Source: Siculibacillus sp.
GTDB taxonomy: Bacteria; Pseudomonadota; Alphaproteobacteria; Rhizobiales; Ancalomicrobiaceae
Reading direction: 5' to 3'
Length of the DNA stretch: 59,062 nucleotides
Assembly: GCA_040275425.1 (NCBI GenBank)
Contig: JBEOKB010000041.1
Location: 1 to 59,062 of the forward strand
In this document: piece by piece, positions 1-10,600 of the stretch
How positions within the stretch are numbered: the stretch's first letter is position 1
How the letters are laid out: each line of letters begins with the position of its first letter
The notes under the pieces: model-generated
The model's input: the letters and a program-made list of their open reading frames with translations, nothing else
Told to the model about the DNA's origin: nothing
Databases searched by the model: none
Translations under genes and position numbers: made by a program

Positions 1-2
1 TG

Positions 3-2207
3 GGCGGCGCCGTTCTGCACCGCGCTCTCCGCCGCCTGGGCGGCCGACCGCGCCGCCGCCGCCTGACGGGCCGAGCCCTGCGCGATCTTTTCGATCGCCG
101 CCAGACGCCCGACGATGCCGGTGAGCGCGTCGTGCAGCGAGATCAGGGTGTCGTTGGTGCGGCTCTCGGTGTCGCGCGCCGCCGACTGCAGCGAGCGCAG
201 ATCGTCCTGCAGCGCCCTCAGCACCGAATCGGACACGCCGTCGCCGCCGCCGCGCGCCTCGCCGAATTCGCGCACCATCTCGCGCGCCGCTTCCCGCGCC
301 GCTGCCACCGCGTCGAGCTGATTGTCCTCGACCCGCTCGGCCAGACGCCGGATCTGCCCCTCGAGCGCGCCGAGGTCCTGGAACCGATCCTGGCTCGAGG
401 TGAGCTGCTGCGAGATCCGCGTCAGCTGGTCCTCGATCTGGGCGAGTGCCTCGTCGTCGCTCTCGTGCGCGGTCGAACGGTCGAGCCGCTCGGCGAGCAG
501 GCGCATCTGCGCCTCGAGATCACCGGCCGGCCGCGAGGCCGCGAGCTCGCGCCGCATCGCCGCGATCTCGCGCGTCAGCGCCTCGACTTCGGCGGTCGGC
601 GCCGCCACCGGCATCGCGCGTTCGTCGCGATCGAGCCGGTCGAACAGGGCGTTGAAGCGGGAATCGATCAGATCGGACGACGGCGCGCTCGCCGGCGCCC
701 GCGCCATCATCTCGTCGAGCCGGGCCACCGCCGCCTCGAGCGCGTCGACGGTGCGGCGGTCGCTCGCCGGCGCCGCCAGATGGTCGAGCTTGCCCGCGAT
801 CTCGGCGATGCGCTCGTGCAGCCGGTCGGTGTCGTCGAACGACGGGCGACGGCGATCGAATTCGGCGACCCGGTCCGACAGCTCGGTGAGCCGCGTCTCG
901 AGATTGCGCACCTCCTCGGCGGTCCGGCTTCCGGCCGCGATCGTGCGCAGCTCGTCGACCAGCGACGCCAGCCGTTCCGGCGCCACCGGCCCGCGCGCGG
1001 CGCGCTCGATGTCGTCGAGTTTGTCGGCGACCACCTTCAGCCGCTGATCGAGCGCCCGCACCACGGCGGTCGGATCGATCGAATCGAGATGTCCCTTGAG
1101 GTCGGCGATGCGCCGTTCCATCACCGCGATGCCGTCGCCGCCGTCGCGCGAGGCCATCTGCTCGACCTTGAGCGCCAGATCGCTCAAGTGGCGCTCCAGC
1201 GCCGAGAACTGCGACACCTGCGGCACCGTCCGCAGCAGGTTGTGGATCTCGGAGATCTCCGCGTCGACCTTGGCCTCGACCCGAGGCCCGGCCAGCCCGC
1301 GCTTGAGATCGTCGAGACGATCGACGATGTGGCCGTAGCCCGCCTCGATGCTGCGCAGCGAGCCCTCGACGTTGTTCTGCAGGACGACGTCGCGCAGCCG
1401 GCCGATCTCGGTCATCAGCGGCTCGATCGTGTCGCGCTCCGGCCGCCGCGCGGCCAACTCGTCGATCTTCTGGGCGACGCGACGGATCTCGTCGGAGACG
1501 TCGGCGCCGAGCCCCGCGCGCTTCTCGATGAATTCGCGCAGCGCCCGGATCTCGGCGATCAGACCGGCGTTCTGGTCGCGATCGTCGCGACTGCGCAGAA
1601 GGTCCATCTTCTCGCTCAGTTCGCGGAAGTGGCGCTCGAGATCGGGAACGGCCCGCTCCACCACCTTGGCGAGCGGCCGAGCCTCGTCGCGGCGCGGGTC
1701 CTCGCGGCGGGCGAGGCCCGACGTCGCCCGGTCGAGATCGTCCACGGGGTCGCGGTGCCGACGCCCGCGCGGCGCGTCGTCCTCGAAGAGGGCCTCGCGA
1801 GAGGCGGCGAGGGGACGGCGATCGGCGGCGAGCGCCCGCACCTTGCGGTCGAGCCCATCGAGCACGTCGAGAATGCGTCCGGTGTCGCTCTCGTCGCGAC
1901 GCGAACCGCCCCGGCGCGGCGCCTCGTCGCGATCGTACCGTCCCGAGCCGGTGTCCGTGCGCGAACGCATCGACCGCGTTCCGCGATCCTCGCCCGAGGT
2001 CATGCGCTTCAGACGCTCGGACAATTCGTCGAGCTGGCGGTCGAGAACGGCGGCGTCGGTGGTCGAGCGGCGGCTGCGGCGGGCCGCGGCGCGCGGCGTG
2101 TCGGCGAGAGCCTGGACGAGCTCGCCGACCGAGACGCCCGAGCGCTTCGCCGCGTCGATGACGCGATCGCGGGCATCCTCGTGGTAGTCCCGTCCGCTAC
2201 GTGACAT
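3..2207 (-). CDS. podJ: PodJ-like polar localisation factor, 5' part (runs off the window start)
   Basis: Not in the ORF track, as no stop codon falls inside the window. ATG at 2207 with GGAGGA RBS. Reads MSRSGRDYHEDARDRVIDAAKRSGVSVGELVQ..., resembling the PodJ N-terminal AARRSGMSLGEWL signature, followed by long R/E/D/L-rich coiled coil. Diagnostic C-terminal SEL1/PG-binding domains lie outside the window. Confidence 0.65.
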   Translation of the reverse strand, partial: MSRSGRDYHEDARDRVIDAAKRSGVSVGELVQALADTPRAAARRSRRSTTDAAVLDRQLDELSERLKRMTSGEDRGTRSMRSRTDTGSGRYDRDEAPRRGGSRRDESDTGRILDVLDGLDRKVRALAADRRPLAASREALFEDDAPRGRRHRDPVDDLDRATSGLARREDPRRDEARPLAKVVERAVPDLERHFRELSEKMDLLRSRDDRDQNAGLIAEIRALREFIEKRAGLGADVSDEIRRVAQKIDELAARRPERDTIEPLMTEIGRLRDVVLQNNVEGSLRSIEAGYGHIVDRLDDLKRGLAGPRVEAKVDAEISEIHNLLRTVPQVSQFSALERHLSDLALKVEQMASRDGGDGIAVMERRIADLKGHLDSIDPTAVVRALDQRLKVVADKLDDIERAARGPVAPERLASLVDELRTIAAGSRTAEEVRNLETRLTELSDRVAEFDRRRPSFDDTDRLHERIAEIAGKLDHLAAPASDRRTVDALEAAVARLDEMMARAPASAPSSDLIDSRFNALFDRLDRDERAMPVAAPTAEVEALTREIAAMRRELAASRPAGDLEAQMRLLAERLDRSTAHESDDEALAQIEDQLTRISQQLTSSQDRFQDLGALEGQIRRLAERVEDNQLDAVAAAREAAREMVREFGEARGGGDGVSDSVLRALQDDLRSLQSAARDTESRTNDTLISLHDALTGIVGRLAAIEKIAQGSARQAAAARSAAQAAESAVQNGAA

Positions 2208-2334
2208 TTCGATCCTCCGCCGGCGTCCTGCATCCGGTCTTCGGCTCGGTCGTCCGTGGGCCGGTCGTCGGTCTGGCGACCACGACTCGGGACCCGGTTC
2301 GGCCGGAGCGTCGACGACAGATTTTTCGATTAGG

Positions 2335-2350
2335 GTAAACAACCGGTTAA
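2335..2350 (-). promoter_or_regulatory. CtrA-type binding site upstream of podJ
   Basis: Minus strand reads TTAA-CCGGTTG-TTTAC, one mismatch to TTAA-N7-TTAAC, in an AT-rich patch ~130 bp upstream of the start. Confidence 0.6.
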
Positions 2351-2674
2351 GATACCGGAGAATGCAGGCGGAACGCGCAGCGCACGGCGCGGATTGCACG
2401 TATTCCGAGTGCGGTCGAGGTCGCCCCCCGAACCCGCCGCGCCGGTGATCGGACACCGCCTTCGCGGCCGATTTCTCGGCATCGTCGCGGCCGTGGCCCT
2501 CGGGACGGGCGCATGGCAGCCATGCGCGACCCATCTGGAAAATTTTCCGCGAATTCGTTGACGAATTGACCGGCTCTCTTATCTCGAGCGGAACGGAACC
2601 GTGTGCAAGATCGCACGTCGCGTGATGTCGCACGGTGTAGAATCAAGAAAACGAAGAACGGCAAGAGTATCGAG

Positions 2675-3133
2675 ATGGCAGAAATTCGAACGTCCAGGAC
2701 GGACTCGGGAGAGTGTATCGCGTCATTGTTCGCCGAGGCTCCGGGATCATCGGATCGTCTCTGGACGATCGGTGAACTGGCTCGCGAATGCGACGTGACG
2801 CTGCGCGCCATGCGCTTCTACGAGGCCAAGGGCCTGCTCGAGCCGAGCCGAGAGGGCTTGGCTCGCCTCTACGACGCCGAGAACCGTCGGCGCCTGCGCA
2901 TCATCGTCCGCGCCAAGAAGCTCGGCTTCAGCCTCGTCCAGATCCGCGACCTCCTCGGCCTGGTCGGCTCCGCCGAACCGCTCGATCGCCGTCTGGGCGT
3001 CGTCGGCGACCGTCTGCGCCAGCAGATCGGTCAGCTCGAGGCCATGCGCATCGAGGCGGAACAGGCGCTCGTCGCCATCGCCGACGAGATCGCCGCCCTC
3101 GATCGCGCTCTCGCGCCCGACGCCCGGGGCTGA
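2675..3133 (+). CDS. MerR-family transcriptional regulator
   Basis: WTIGELARECDVTLRAMRFYEAKGLLEPSREG..RLYD HTH, then AKKLGFSLVQI and a coiled coil. ATG 2675 chosen within ORF 2603..3133. Confidence 0.88.
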   Translation: MAEIRTSRTDSGECIASLFAEAPGSSDRLWTIGELARECDVTLRAMRFYEAKGLLEPSREGLARLYDAENRRRLRIIVRAKKLGFSLVQIRDLLGLVGSAEPLDRRLGVVGDRLRQQIGQLEAMRIEAEQALVAIADEIAALDRALAPDARG

Positions 3134-3244
3134 TCCTCCGATCTCGGCCCACGCCTCCCCGACGCGCCCCTCCGGGCGCGTTCGCCGGCGTGGGTGTTCG
3201 GCGCCGGGGACGGTCGGGGGGCCGGGCGCCCGGCTCGAAACGAG

Positions 3245-3268
3245 GACGGGCCCCGCGAGGGGCCCGTC
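3245..3268 (-). terminator. Intrinsic terminator after ialB
   Basis: GACGGGCCCC-GCGA-GGGGCCCGTC perfect 10-bp stem, followed on the minus strand by CTCGTTTC; lies between convergent genes. Confidence 0.65.
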
Positions 3269-3299
3269 GTGTCGGTCGGATCGGGAAGCGTGCCTGGGC

Positions 3300-3944
3300 T
3301 CACTTGCCCTGCGCCTTGCGCTGCTCTTCGCGCAGCTGATCCTCGATGCTCTTCTGCTTCTGCTCGACCTCGGCGGCGATCGCCTCCTCGCGCTTCTTCA
3401 GCGCGGCGGCGTCGAGCGACTTGCCCTCGTTGGCCGAGGCGAAGCTGGTGAGCGGAACCGTGAAGGTCACCGGATTGGAGGCCTGACCATAGGCGGTGAT
3501 GGTCAGCGTGGAGCCCTTCTTCATCGACGCGACGAAGGCCTCGTTGGAGACCATCTGCGCGACGCAGCCGTCGGGCGCGCACATGCCGAACTTGGCGTCT
3601 TCGCCCTTGTTCTGATCGACCTGGACCTTGAGGCCCGGCTGCAGCAGCAGGCCGGTCGGCATGATCATCTCGACGATCTTGCGCGCCTCGCCGGTCGCCT
3701 CGACGATGGCGATCGAGGCCAGGAACTGCCCGCCCGCCGAACGCAGGTCGTAGGCGGTCTTGCACAGCTCCTTCTTCTGCTTCTCGTCGCTGCGGCAGAC
3801 CTTGATCCAGGCGTCGGTCGGCGCGGCCGACTGAGCCGAACTCGGGGCGGGGGTGAACACGCCGGCCGTCAGCGCCACGGCCATCGCGGCGAGCGTCGAA
3901 CCACGGGCGGCTTTCTCTGCGAACTTCGCGACAGTGACGGTCAT
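3300..3944 (-). CDS. ialB: Invasion-associated locus B (IalB) family periplasmic protein
   Basis: Signal peptide, WIKVC...C, PTGLLLQPG, C-x4-C and F-x-VPLTSF pattern. ATG 3944 with GGAAGG RBS. Confidence 0.82.
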   Translation of the reverse strand: MTVTVAKFAEKAARGSTLAAMAVALTAGVFTPAPSSAQSAAPTDAWIKVCRSDEKQKKELCKTAYDLRSAGGQFLASIAIVEATGEARKIVEMIMPTGLLLQPGLKVQVDQNKGEDAKFGMCAPDGCVAQMVSNEAFVASMKKGSTLTITAYGQASNPVTFTVPLTSFASANEGKSLDAAALKKREEAIAAEVEQKQKSIEDQLREEQRKAQGK

Positions 3945-4082
3945 CGTCCTTCCCGTTCCTCGAGAGTGCTTTGAATTCATCGGAGCCGGCCTTCTCATAG
4001 CCGTCCCGCCGCCCCGGTTCAATGGGGCACGGAAACGGCGGCGGAATCGCCGGACGTTCGCGGTCGTGCCGGGGATGATGCC

Positions 4083-4967
4083 TCAATGCGGCGAGACGGT
4101 GGCCGAGATCTCCCTCATGCGCTCGAGCACGTCCGCCGGCAGCGGGATCGCTCGCCGCGTCGCCAGATCCATCGTCAGCGCCACCACGTCGAGCGTGGCG
4201 AGCCGCCGCCCCGTCTCCGTCGCCACCACGTCGTGACGCAGCGCGAACGTCGTGCGTGCCGCCCCGCGCGGGCTCGACACCACGTGAACGAGGTCGCCCG
4301 CCCCCGGCGGCGTCGCCGTCCAGGTCAGCTTCGCCTCCATCGCCACCCGCCCCAGCCCCTCGGCGTCGAGACGCGGCTGGGCGAGCCCGATCCGTGCCCA
4401 CACGTGCGGCGCCGCGTTCGAGGCCCAGCCCATCACCCGCGCCGCCGCCAGCCGCCCAGACCCGTCGAGAAGCGCGGGCGTGATCTCCGCCGTCACGGTC
4501 GGAACGCCGCGCGGCGGCGAGGGCACCGGCTCGACCGGATCCGGCGGCCCCGCCGCGATCCCGCGCGCCCGCGCCGCCTCGGGCATCGCGCCGAAGCCCT
4601 CCGTCCCCAACCGCGCCCGCGCCGTCGCGATCATCGCCTCGGCAGCCTCCGGCGTCGCGGACCAGCCGTCGAACGCCGTCGCCGCGAGAAACCCGTGCCC
4701 GGCGTCGTACATCTCGTGCGCCACCGTCACGGGATGCGGCCCGTCCGCGACGATCGCCGAGCGCACCACCACGCCGCCGCCGGCATGAAGCTCGCGGTGA
4801 TGGCGCACGTGTCGCGTCCGCCATCCCTCGCGCCCCCACCCGGCGAGGAAGCGCAGGCGCCGCTCCGCCTCGTGGAACTTGGTCCAGTAGAACTGGACGT
4901 TCATGTGCTCGTTCTCGTCGCACTCCCAGGTGTCGACCGAGGTGGCGAGGGTCTCGAGTCCGATCAT
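4083..4967 (-). CDS. Double hot-dog acyl-CoA thioesterase
   Basis: VDTWECDENEHMNVQFY (4HBT-type W-x-D-x-N-x-H-MN motif) plus a second degenerate hot-dog repeat. GGAG RBS. Confidence 0.78.
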   Translation of the reverse strand: MIGLETLATSVDTWECDENEHMNVQFYWTKFHEAERRLRFLAGWGREGWRTRHVRHHRELHAGGGVVVRSAIVADGPHPVTVAHEMYDAGHGFLAATAFDGWSATPEAAEAMIATARARLGTEGFGAMPEAARARGIAAGPPDPVEPVPSPPRGVPTVTAEITPALLDGSGRLAAARVMGWASNAAPHVWARIGLAQPRLDAEGLGRVAMEAKLTWTATPPGAGDLVHVVSSPRGAARTTFALRHDVVATETGRRLATLDVVALTMDLATRRAIPLPADVLERMREISATVSPH

Positions 4968-5074
4968 GCTCCCTCCCTGATCCGGGGATCGCGCCGGTCC
5001 GAAGGGATCGCGCGCGGCGGGCGCGATGCTATCATCGATCCCCCGCCCCGAGACCGCCTCCCGAGATCGCCCCG

Positions 5075-5515
5075 ATGTCGACGTCCGCTCCCGCCCCGCT
5101 GCGCCAGGCCCACACCCGCCTCGTCGTCGAGACCCGCCCGCGCGCCATGGTCGACGTGACCGCCGCGCTCGACGGCTGGCTCGCTCGCGAGGGCGCCCGC
5201 GACGGCCTGCTCACGGTGCTGATCCGCCACACCTCGGCCTCGCTGACCATCCAGGAGAATGCCTCGCCCGAGGTCCGCCCCGATCTGGTCGACGCCCTCG
5301 ATCGTCTCGCCCCGCGCGGACGCCACTGGCGTCACGCCCTCGAGGGCGACGACGACATGCCCGCCCACGTCAAGGCGACACTGACCGGCGTCACCCTGTC
5401 GCTGCCGGTGCGCGCGGGGCGCATGGACCTCGGCACGTGGCAGGCGGTGTGGGTGATGGAACACCGCGACACCGGCCACCGCCGCGAGCTGAGCCTGCAC
5501 TGGATCGGCGCCTGA
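5075..5515 (+). CDS. yjbQ: YjbQ/UPF0047 (secondary thiamine-phosphate synthase) family protein
   Basis: HTSASLTIQENA, HxxEGxDDMPAHVK and LGTWQ motifs. Confidence 0.9.
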   Translation: MSTSAPAPLRQAHTRLVVETRPRAMVDVTAALDGWLAREGARDGLLTVLIRHTSASLTIQENASPEVRPDLVDALDRLAPRGRHWRHALEGDDDMPAHVKATLTGVTLSLPVRAGRMDLGTWQAVWVMEHRDTGHRRELSLHWIGA

Positions 5516-5519
5516 GCCC

Positions 5520-6485
5520 TCACGCCGGGCGGTGCTTGAACCGCTCGCTCGCCGCCACCATCGCCGCCACCAGTCCCGGCTCGGTCACCGCGTGACCGCC
5601 GTCGTCGACGATGTGCAGCTCCGCCTGCGGCCACGCCTTCTTCAGATCCCAGGCGTTGAACATCGGCGTGCACATGTCGTAGCGCCCGTGCACGATCACG
5701 CCCGGAATGTCCGCCAGCCGGTGAGCGTTGCGGATCAGCTGGTCCTCGGGTTCGAACCAGCCGCCGTTGACGAAGTAGTGAGCCTCGATCCGGGCGAAGG
5801 CCAGCGCGTAGTGCGCGTCGGCGAAGGCCGCCACCCGCGCCGGATCGGGCAGCAGCGACAGCGTCGAGCCCTCCCACACGCTCCACCGCTTCGCCGCCTC
5901 GAGACGCAGCGCCTCGTCCGCCCCGGTCAGGCGCCGGTGATAGGCCGCGATCATGTCGCCGCGCTCGTCCTCGGGGATCAGGTCGCGATAGGGCTCGAAC
6001 AGGTCGGGGAAGATCAGGCTCGCCCCCTCCTGATAGAACCACTCGAGCTCCTTGCGCCGCAGCGTGAAGATGCCGCGCAGCAGAAGCTCGCTCACCCGCT
6101 CCGGATGGGTCTCGGCATAGGCCAGCGCCAGCGTCGAGCCCCACGACCCGCCGTAGACCTGCCACCGTTCGATGCCCAGATGCTCCCGCAGCCGCTCGAT
6201 GTCGGCGACCAGATCCCAGGTGGTGTTCTCGGCGATCTCGGCATGCGGCGTCGACCGCCCACAGCCGCGCTGATCGAGCAGCACGATTCGGTAGGCGGCC
6301 GGATCGTGCAGCCGCCGCATCGTCGGCGTGATGCCCCCGCCCGGCCCGCCGTGCAGGCACACCACCGGTTTTCCCGCCGGGTTTCCGCACTCCTCGAAGT
6401 GGATCTCGTGCAGCTCGGACACCCGTAGGCGACCGCTGCGATGGGGCTCGATTTCGGGAAAGAGGACCGTACGGACGTCGTGCAA
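5520..6485 (-). CDS. pip: Proline iminopeptidase
   Basis: HGGPGGG, DQRGCGRS, GGSWGS nucleophile elbow, GRYD, GHA. TTG start with GGAG RBS. Confidence 0.95.
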   Translation of the reverse strand: MHDVRTVLFPEIEPHRSGRLRVSELHEIHFEECGNPAGKPVVCLHGGPGGGITPTMRRLHDPAAYRIVLLDQRGCGRSTPHAEIAENTTWDLVADIERLREHLGIERWQVYGGSWGSTLALAYAETHPERVSELLLRGIFTLRRKELEWFYQEGASLIFPDLFEPYRDLIPEDERGDMIAAYHRRLTGADEALRLEAAKRWSVWEGSTLSLLPDPARVAAFADAHYALAFARIEAHYFVNGGWFEPEDQLIRNAHRLADIPGVIVHGRYDMCTPMFNAWDLKKAWPQAELHIVDDGGHAVTEPGLVAAMVAASERFKHRPA

Positions 6486-6896
6486 GGCGGGATCTCCCTG
6501 AGGATCGATCGGGCGGCGCCGATCGATTTCGGCGCCCGTCGTCCGACCATAGCGCGCGCCGTCCCGCCCGACAGGGTCGATTTCGCCGAGCCGCCGTGCG
6601 TCCCGAGGGCGACTGGAACCGTTTCGTTCCCTCGGAAATTAAGAACATTCAGAAATTTTACGTAAGTCGAGAAGCTTATTCGCCCTCCTTCTTTCGGATG
6701 ACGCTTGCGTGATTGCGTTGCGGGATCGATAATTCGTTCGTCGGTGCGACCCGTCGTCGCTCCGGGTACGGAATCAGGGGTCCGTACCGGATCGGAGCGA
6801 CACTGCGGCGTTTCGTCTGAGATGCGTGGATCGCTCGGGTCCGCGCGAGGGCTGGCGTGCGGTCGATGCGCCCGGCGAACCACGGGGGAAAGTGGA

Positions 6897-7565
6897 TTGG
6901 CGACCAATCCGGGTTATCGGTTCGTGATCGCGGACGATCATCCGCTGTTTCGCGGCGCTCTTCGTCAGACGCTCGAAGGCATGTTCGACGGTGTGGTGAT
7001 CGCCGAGGCGGGTTCGCTCGACGCGGTCTCGAAGATTCTCGAGGAAGGCGACGAGGTCGATCTCGTCCTGCTCGATCTCAACATGCCGGGGGTTCGCGGC
7101 TATTCGGGCCTCATGTATCTGCGCGCGCAGTATCCGGCCGTCCCGGTGGTGGTGGTCTCCGCCAACGAGGATCCGGGCACCATCCGCCGCTGCATGGAGT
7201 TCGGCGCCGCCGGGTTCGTCCCGAAGTCGCTCGGCACCGACAGCATCCGCGAGGCCCTGTCGACGGTGATGGCCGGCGACGTGTGGACCCCGGCCGACAT
7301 CGATCTCTCCGCGGTTCCCGCCGACGAGACCGCCAAGCTGGTGCAACGCCTGTCGACTCTGACGCCGCAGCAGGTCCGCGTTCTGATGATGCTGTCGGAG
7401 GGCCTGCTCAACAAGCAGATCGCCTACGAGCTCGGCGTCTCGGAAGCGACCGTCAAGGCCCACGTCTCGGCGATCCTGCAGAAGCTCGGCGTCGAGAGCC
7501 GCACCCAGGCCGTCATCGCCGCCTCCAAGATCGAAGCCGGTCACTGGCAGTCGATCGGCAACTGA
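6897..7565 (+). CDS. LuxR/NarL-family response regulator, probable CrbR/PrlR-type partner of the adjacent kinase
   Basis: REC (ADDHPLFR, DLNMPG) plus HTH LTPQQ..LLNKQIAYELGVSEATVKAHVSAILQKL. TTG 6897 chosen as start. Confidence 0.85.
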   Translation: MATNPGYRFVIADDHPLFRGALRQTLEGMFDGVVIAEAGSLDAVSKILEEGDEVDLVLLDLNMPGVRGYSGLMYLRAQYPAVPVVVVSANEDPGTIRRCMEFGAAGFVPKSLGTDSIREALSTVMAGDVWTPADIDLSAVPADETAKLVQRLSTLTPQQVRVLMMLSEGLLNKQIAYELGVSEATVKAHVSAILQKLGVESRTQAVIAASKIEAGHWQSIGN

Positions 7566-7590
7566 GCGTCACCGGACGGAACGACGTACG

Positions 7591-7622
7591 ACGGCGGGGC
7601 CTGACCCCGCCGTTTTCGTTTT
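7591..7622 (+). terminator. Intrinsic terminator
   Basis: ACGGCGGGG-CCTGA-CCCCGCCGT followed by TTTCGTTTT, between convergent genes. Confidence 0.75.
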
Positions 7623-7646
7623 CGCGAGGGCGCGCGCCCACTCTGT

Positions 7647-10600
7647 TCACTCCGCCGCCGACTTCAGCGTCCGCCATTGCGCCAGCACCGCGCGCAGGGC
7701 GGCGGGCTTCAGCGGCTTGTTCAGCACCGCGATCGACTTCTCCGCCGCGTCCTCGCGCATCTCCGGGCTGCGGTCGGCGGTGATCAGCGCCGCCGGAATG
7801 TCCGAGCCGAACCGCCACCTCAGCTGGACCACCGCGTCGATGCCGTTGCCGTCGTCGAGGTGATAGTCGACCAGCATCATGTCCGGCCCGCGCCCCTTCT
7901 CCTTGACCAGCTGGGCGAGCTGTTCCGAGGCGTCCTTCTGATCGCGCGCCTTGACCACCTCGACGCCCCAACCGACCAGGAGCGCCTCCATGCCGTCGAG
8001 GATCGTCTCCTCGTTGTCGAGACACAGCGTGATCATGCCGTCGAAGCGCGTGGTCGCCTTCTGCGGCGCCCCGTCGTTGGCCGCCACGTTGGGCATCGCC
8101 GCCGCCGTCGGCACGTCGACGAAGAAGCGGGAGCCCTTGCCCGGCACCGACACGAGCCCGATCGGATGGGTCAGCACCCGCCCGATGCGCTCGACGATCG
8201 AAAGACCGAGCCCGAGACCGCGCGCGATCTTGGCGCCCTGGTCGAGCCGCTGGAACTCCTGGAAGATCAGCTTCTGCTGATTGTCGCGGATGCCGAGCCC
8301 GGTATCGAGCACCTCGACCGTCAGCCGCCCGCGCCGCCGCCGCACCCCCACCAGCACCCGCCCCTGCGGCGTGTACTTGATGGCGTTGGAGACGAGGTTC
8401 TGCACCAGCCGGCGCAGCAGCCGCCGGTCGGAGCGCACCCACAGCGTCGACGACAGCACCTCGAAGTCGAGCCCGCGATCCTTGGCCACCGGCTCGAACT
8501 CGAGCCGGAGCTGCTTGAGGATCTCGTCGATGCGGAACACCGTGAACTCCGGCTTGAGCGCCCCGGTGTCGAGCCGGGAGATGTCGAGCAGCGCCCCCAG
8601 GATCTCCTCGACCGCGTCGAGCGACTGATCGATGTTCACCGCATGGGTGGCGAGCGGCCCGTTCTCGGTCTTCTCCACCAGCGAGGTGGCGTAGAGCCGC
8701 GCCGCGTTGAGCGGCTGCAGGATGTCGTGACCGGCGGCGGCGAGGAAGCGCGTCTTGCCGATGTTGGCCTCGTCGGCCTCCGCCTTGGCGCGGGAGAGCT
8801 CGGCGTTGAGGCGCATCAGCTCCTCGGTGCGCTCGCGCACGCGCCGCTCCAGCGTCTCGTTGGCCCGCGCCAGCGCCTCCGCCGAGGAGACGCGCTCGGT
8901 GATGTCGGTCCATGTGGTGACGATGCCGCCGTCCGGCATCGGCGAGGTGCGCACCTCGATCACCGCGTCGGTCGAGGCCAGCCGCTCGTGATAGGTCTCC
9001 ATCCGCCGCACGAGGCGATCCATGCGGTCCTTGATGATGCGCTCGGGATTGCCGGGGCCGAATTCGCCGCGCTCGGCCCGATCGCGCACGATCGCCTGCA
9101 GCGACACGCCGACCTGGGCGAGTTCGGGCGCGAGATCGAGGATCTGGCGGAACTGCCGGTTCCAGCAGATCAGACCGAGCTCGCGGTCGAACACCGAGAT
9201 GCCCTGACCGACCTGATCGAGCGCGATCTGCAGGAGATCGCGGTTGTACTGGATCGCGGCGGAGGCGTCGTCGAGCAGCTTCATCGCCGCCTTGGTGGAC
9301 GGGTCGCGTCGCTTGACCAGCAGCGACAGCACCAGCCGCGACGACGCCGCCCCGATCGCCGAGGCGAGCAGCTGTTCGGCGAAGCGCAGCAGATGCAGAT
9401 CCGCCGGCCGATCGCCGTTGAGCGCCGGCGTCTGGCTGCGGCCGAATTCGGTGAAGGCCCGATTGGTGCGCTCCTCGCCGAGATAGCGCGCCACCGTGGA
9501 GACCAGATCGTCGACCGTCACGGCGGTGCGCCAGCGCCGGAGCGACGGCGTCGGCGTGAACTCGCTCGGCACGAACACGTTGGCCTGGAGCCGTTCGATC
9601 GGCTCGGGCGGCCGCATCATCGACACCGAGATGAACGCGACCGTGTTGAAGATCAGGCTCCAGAACACCCCGTGCGACAGCGGATCGAACGACAGCGAGA
9701 ACAGCGCCTGCGGCCGCAGCAGCCACATCCCGAACGGCCCGCCGTAGAGCAGGGACGACGACCCGTAGCCCGCCTCGATGAAGGTCGGCATCGCCAGCGT
9801 GTAGAACCACATCGCGATGCCGACCAGGATGCCGGCGATGGCGCCGCGCGCCGTGCCGCGCCGCCAGAACAGCGCGCCGACGAAGGCCGGGGCGAACTGC
9901 GCGATCGCCGAGAAGGCGAGCAGCCCGATCTCCGACAGCGCCGAGGCGTCGGCCACCGCCCGGTGATAGACGTAGGCGAGCATCAGAATGGCGAAGATCG
10001 CGATGCGCCGCACCAAGAGCAGCGTGCGCACCATGTCCGGCTCGTCGCCGCCGTCGCGCCCGGCTCGCCGCACCAGGATCGGCGCCACCAGCTCGTTGCA
10101 CACCATCACCGCCAGCGCCACCGAGGCCATGATCACCATCGCGGTGGCCGCCGACAGACCGCCGACGAAGGCGATCATGGTGACGGTCGGCGCCCCCGCG
10201 TCGAGCGGCAGCCGCAGCACGAAGGTGTCGGCGTCGATCGCCGTGCCGTAGCGCACCAGCCCGCCCAGCGCGATCGGCACCACGAACAGATTGATCGCCA
10301 CCAGATAGAGCGGGAACAGCCAGCGCGCCCGCTTCAGCTCCGCCGGCGTGTGGTTCTCCACCACCGAGACGTGGAACATGCGCGGCAGGAGCAGGATCGC
10401 GAAGAACGACAGCAGCGACATCACGATCCAGTTGCCGCCCGACAGCCCCCGCGTCAGCGCGTTGGACGAGATCGGATTGGTGGTGATCGCCGAGGCGAGA
10501 TCGCGCGGCCCGTCGAACAGCACGAACATGACGTAGACGCCGACCGCCGTCAGCGCCACCAGCTTGACCACCGATTCGGTCGCCACCGCCAGCATCAGCC

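Noticed and set aside
132-2204. 690-aa plus-strand ORF
   Set aside because: Antisense shadow of the podJ-like gene; the minus frame has the RBS and a recognisable N-terminus.
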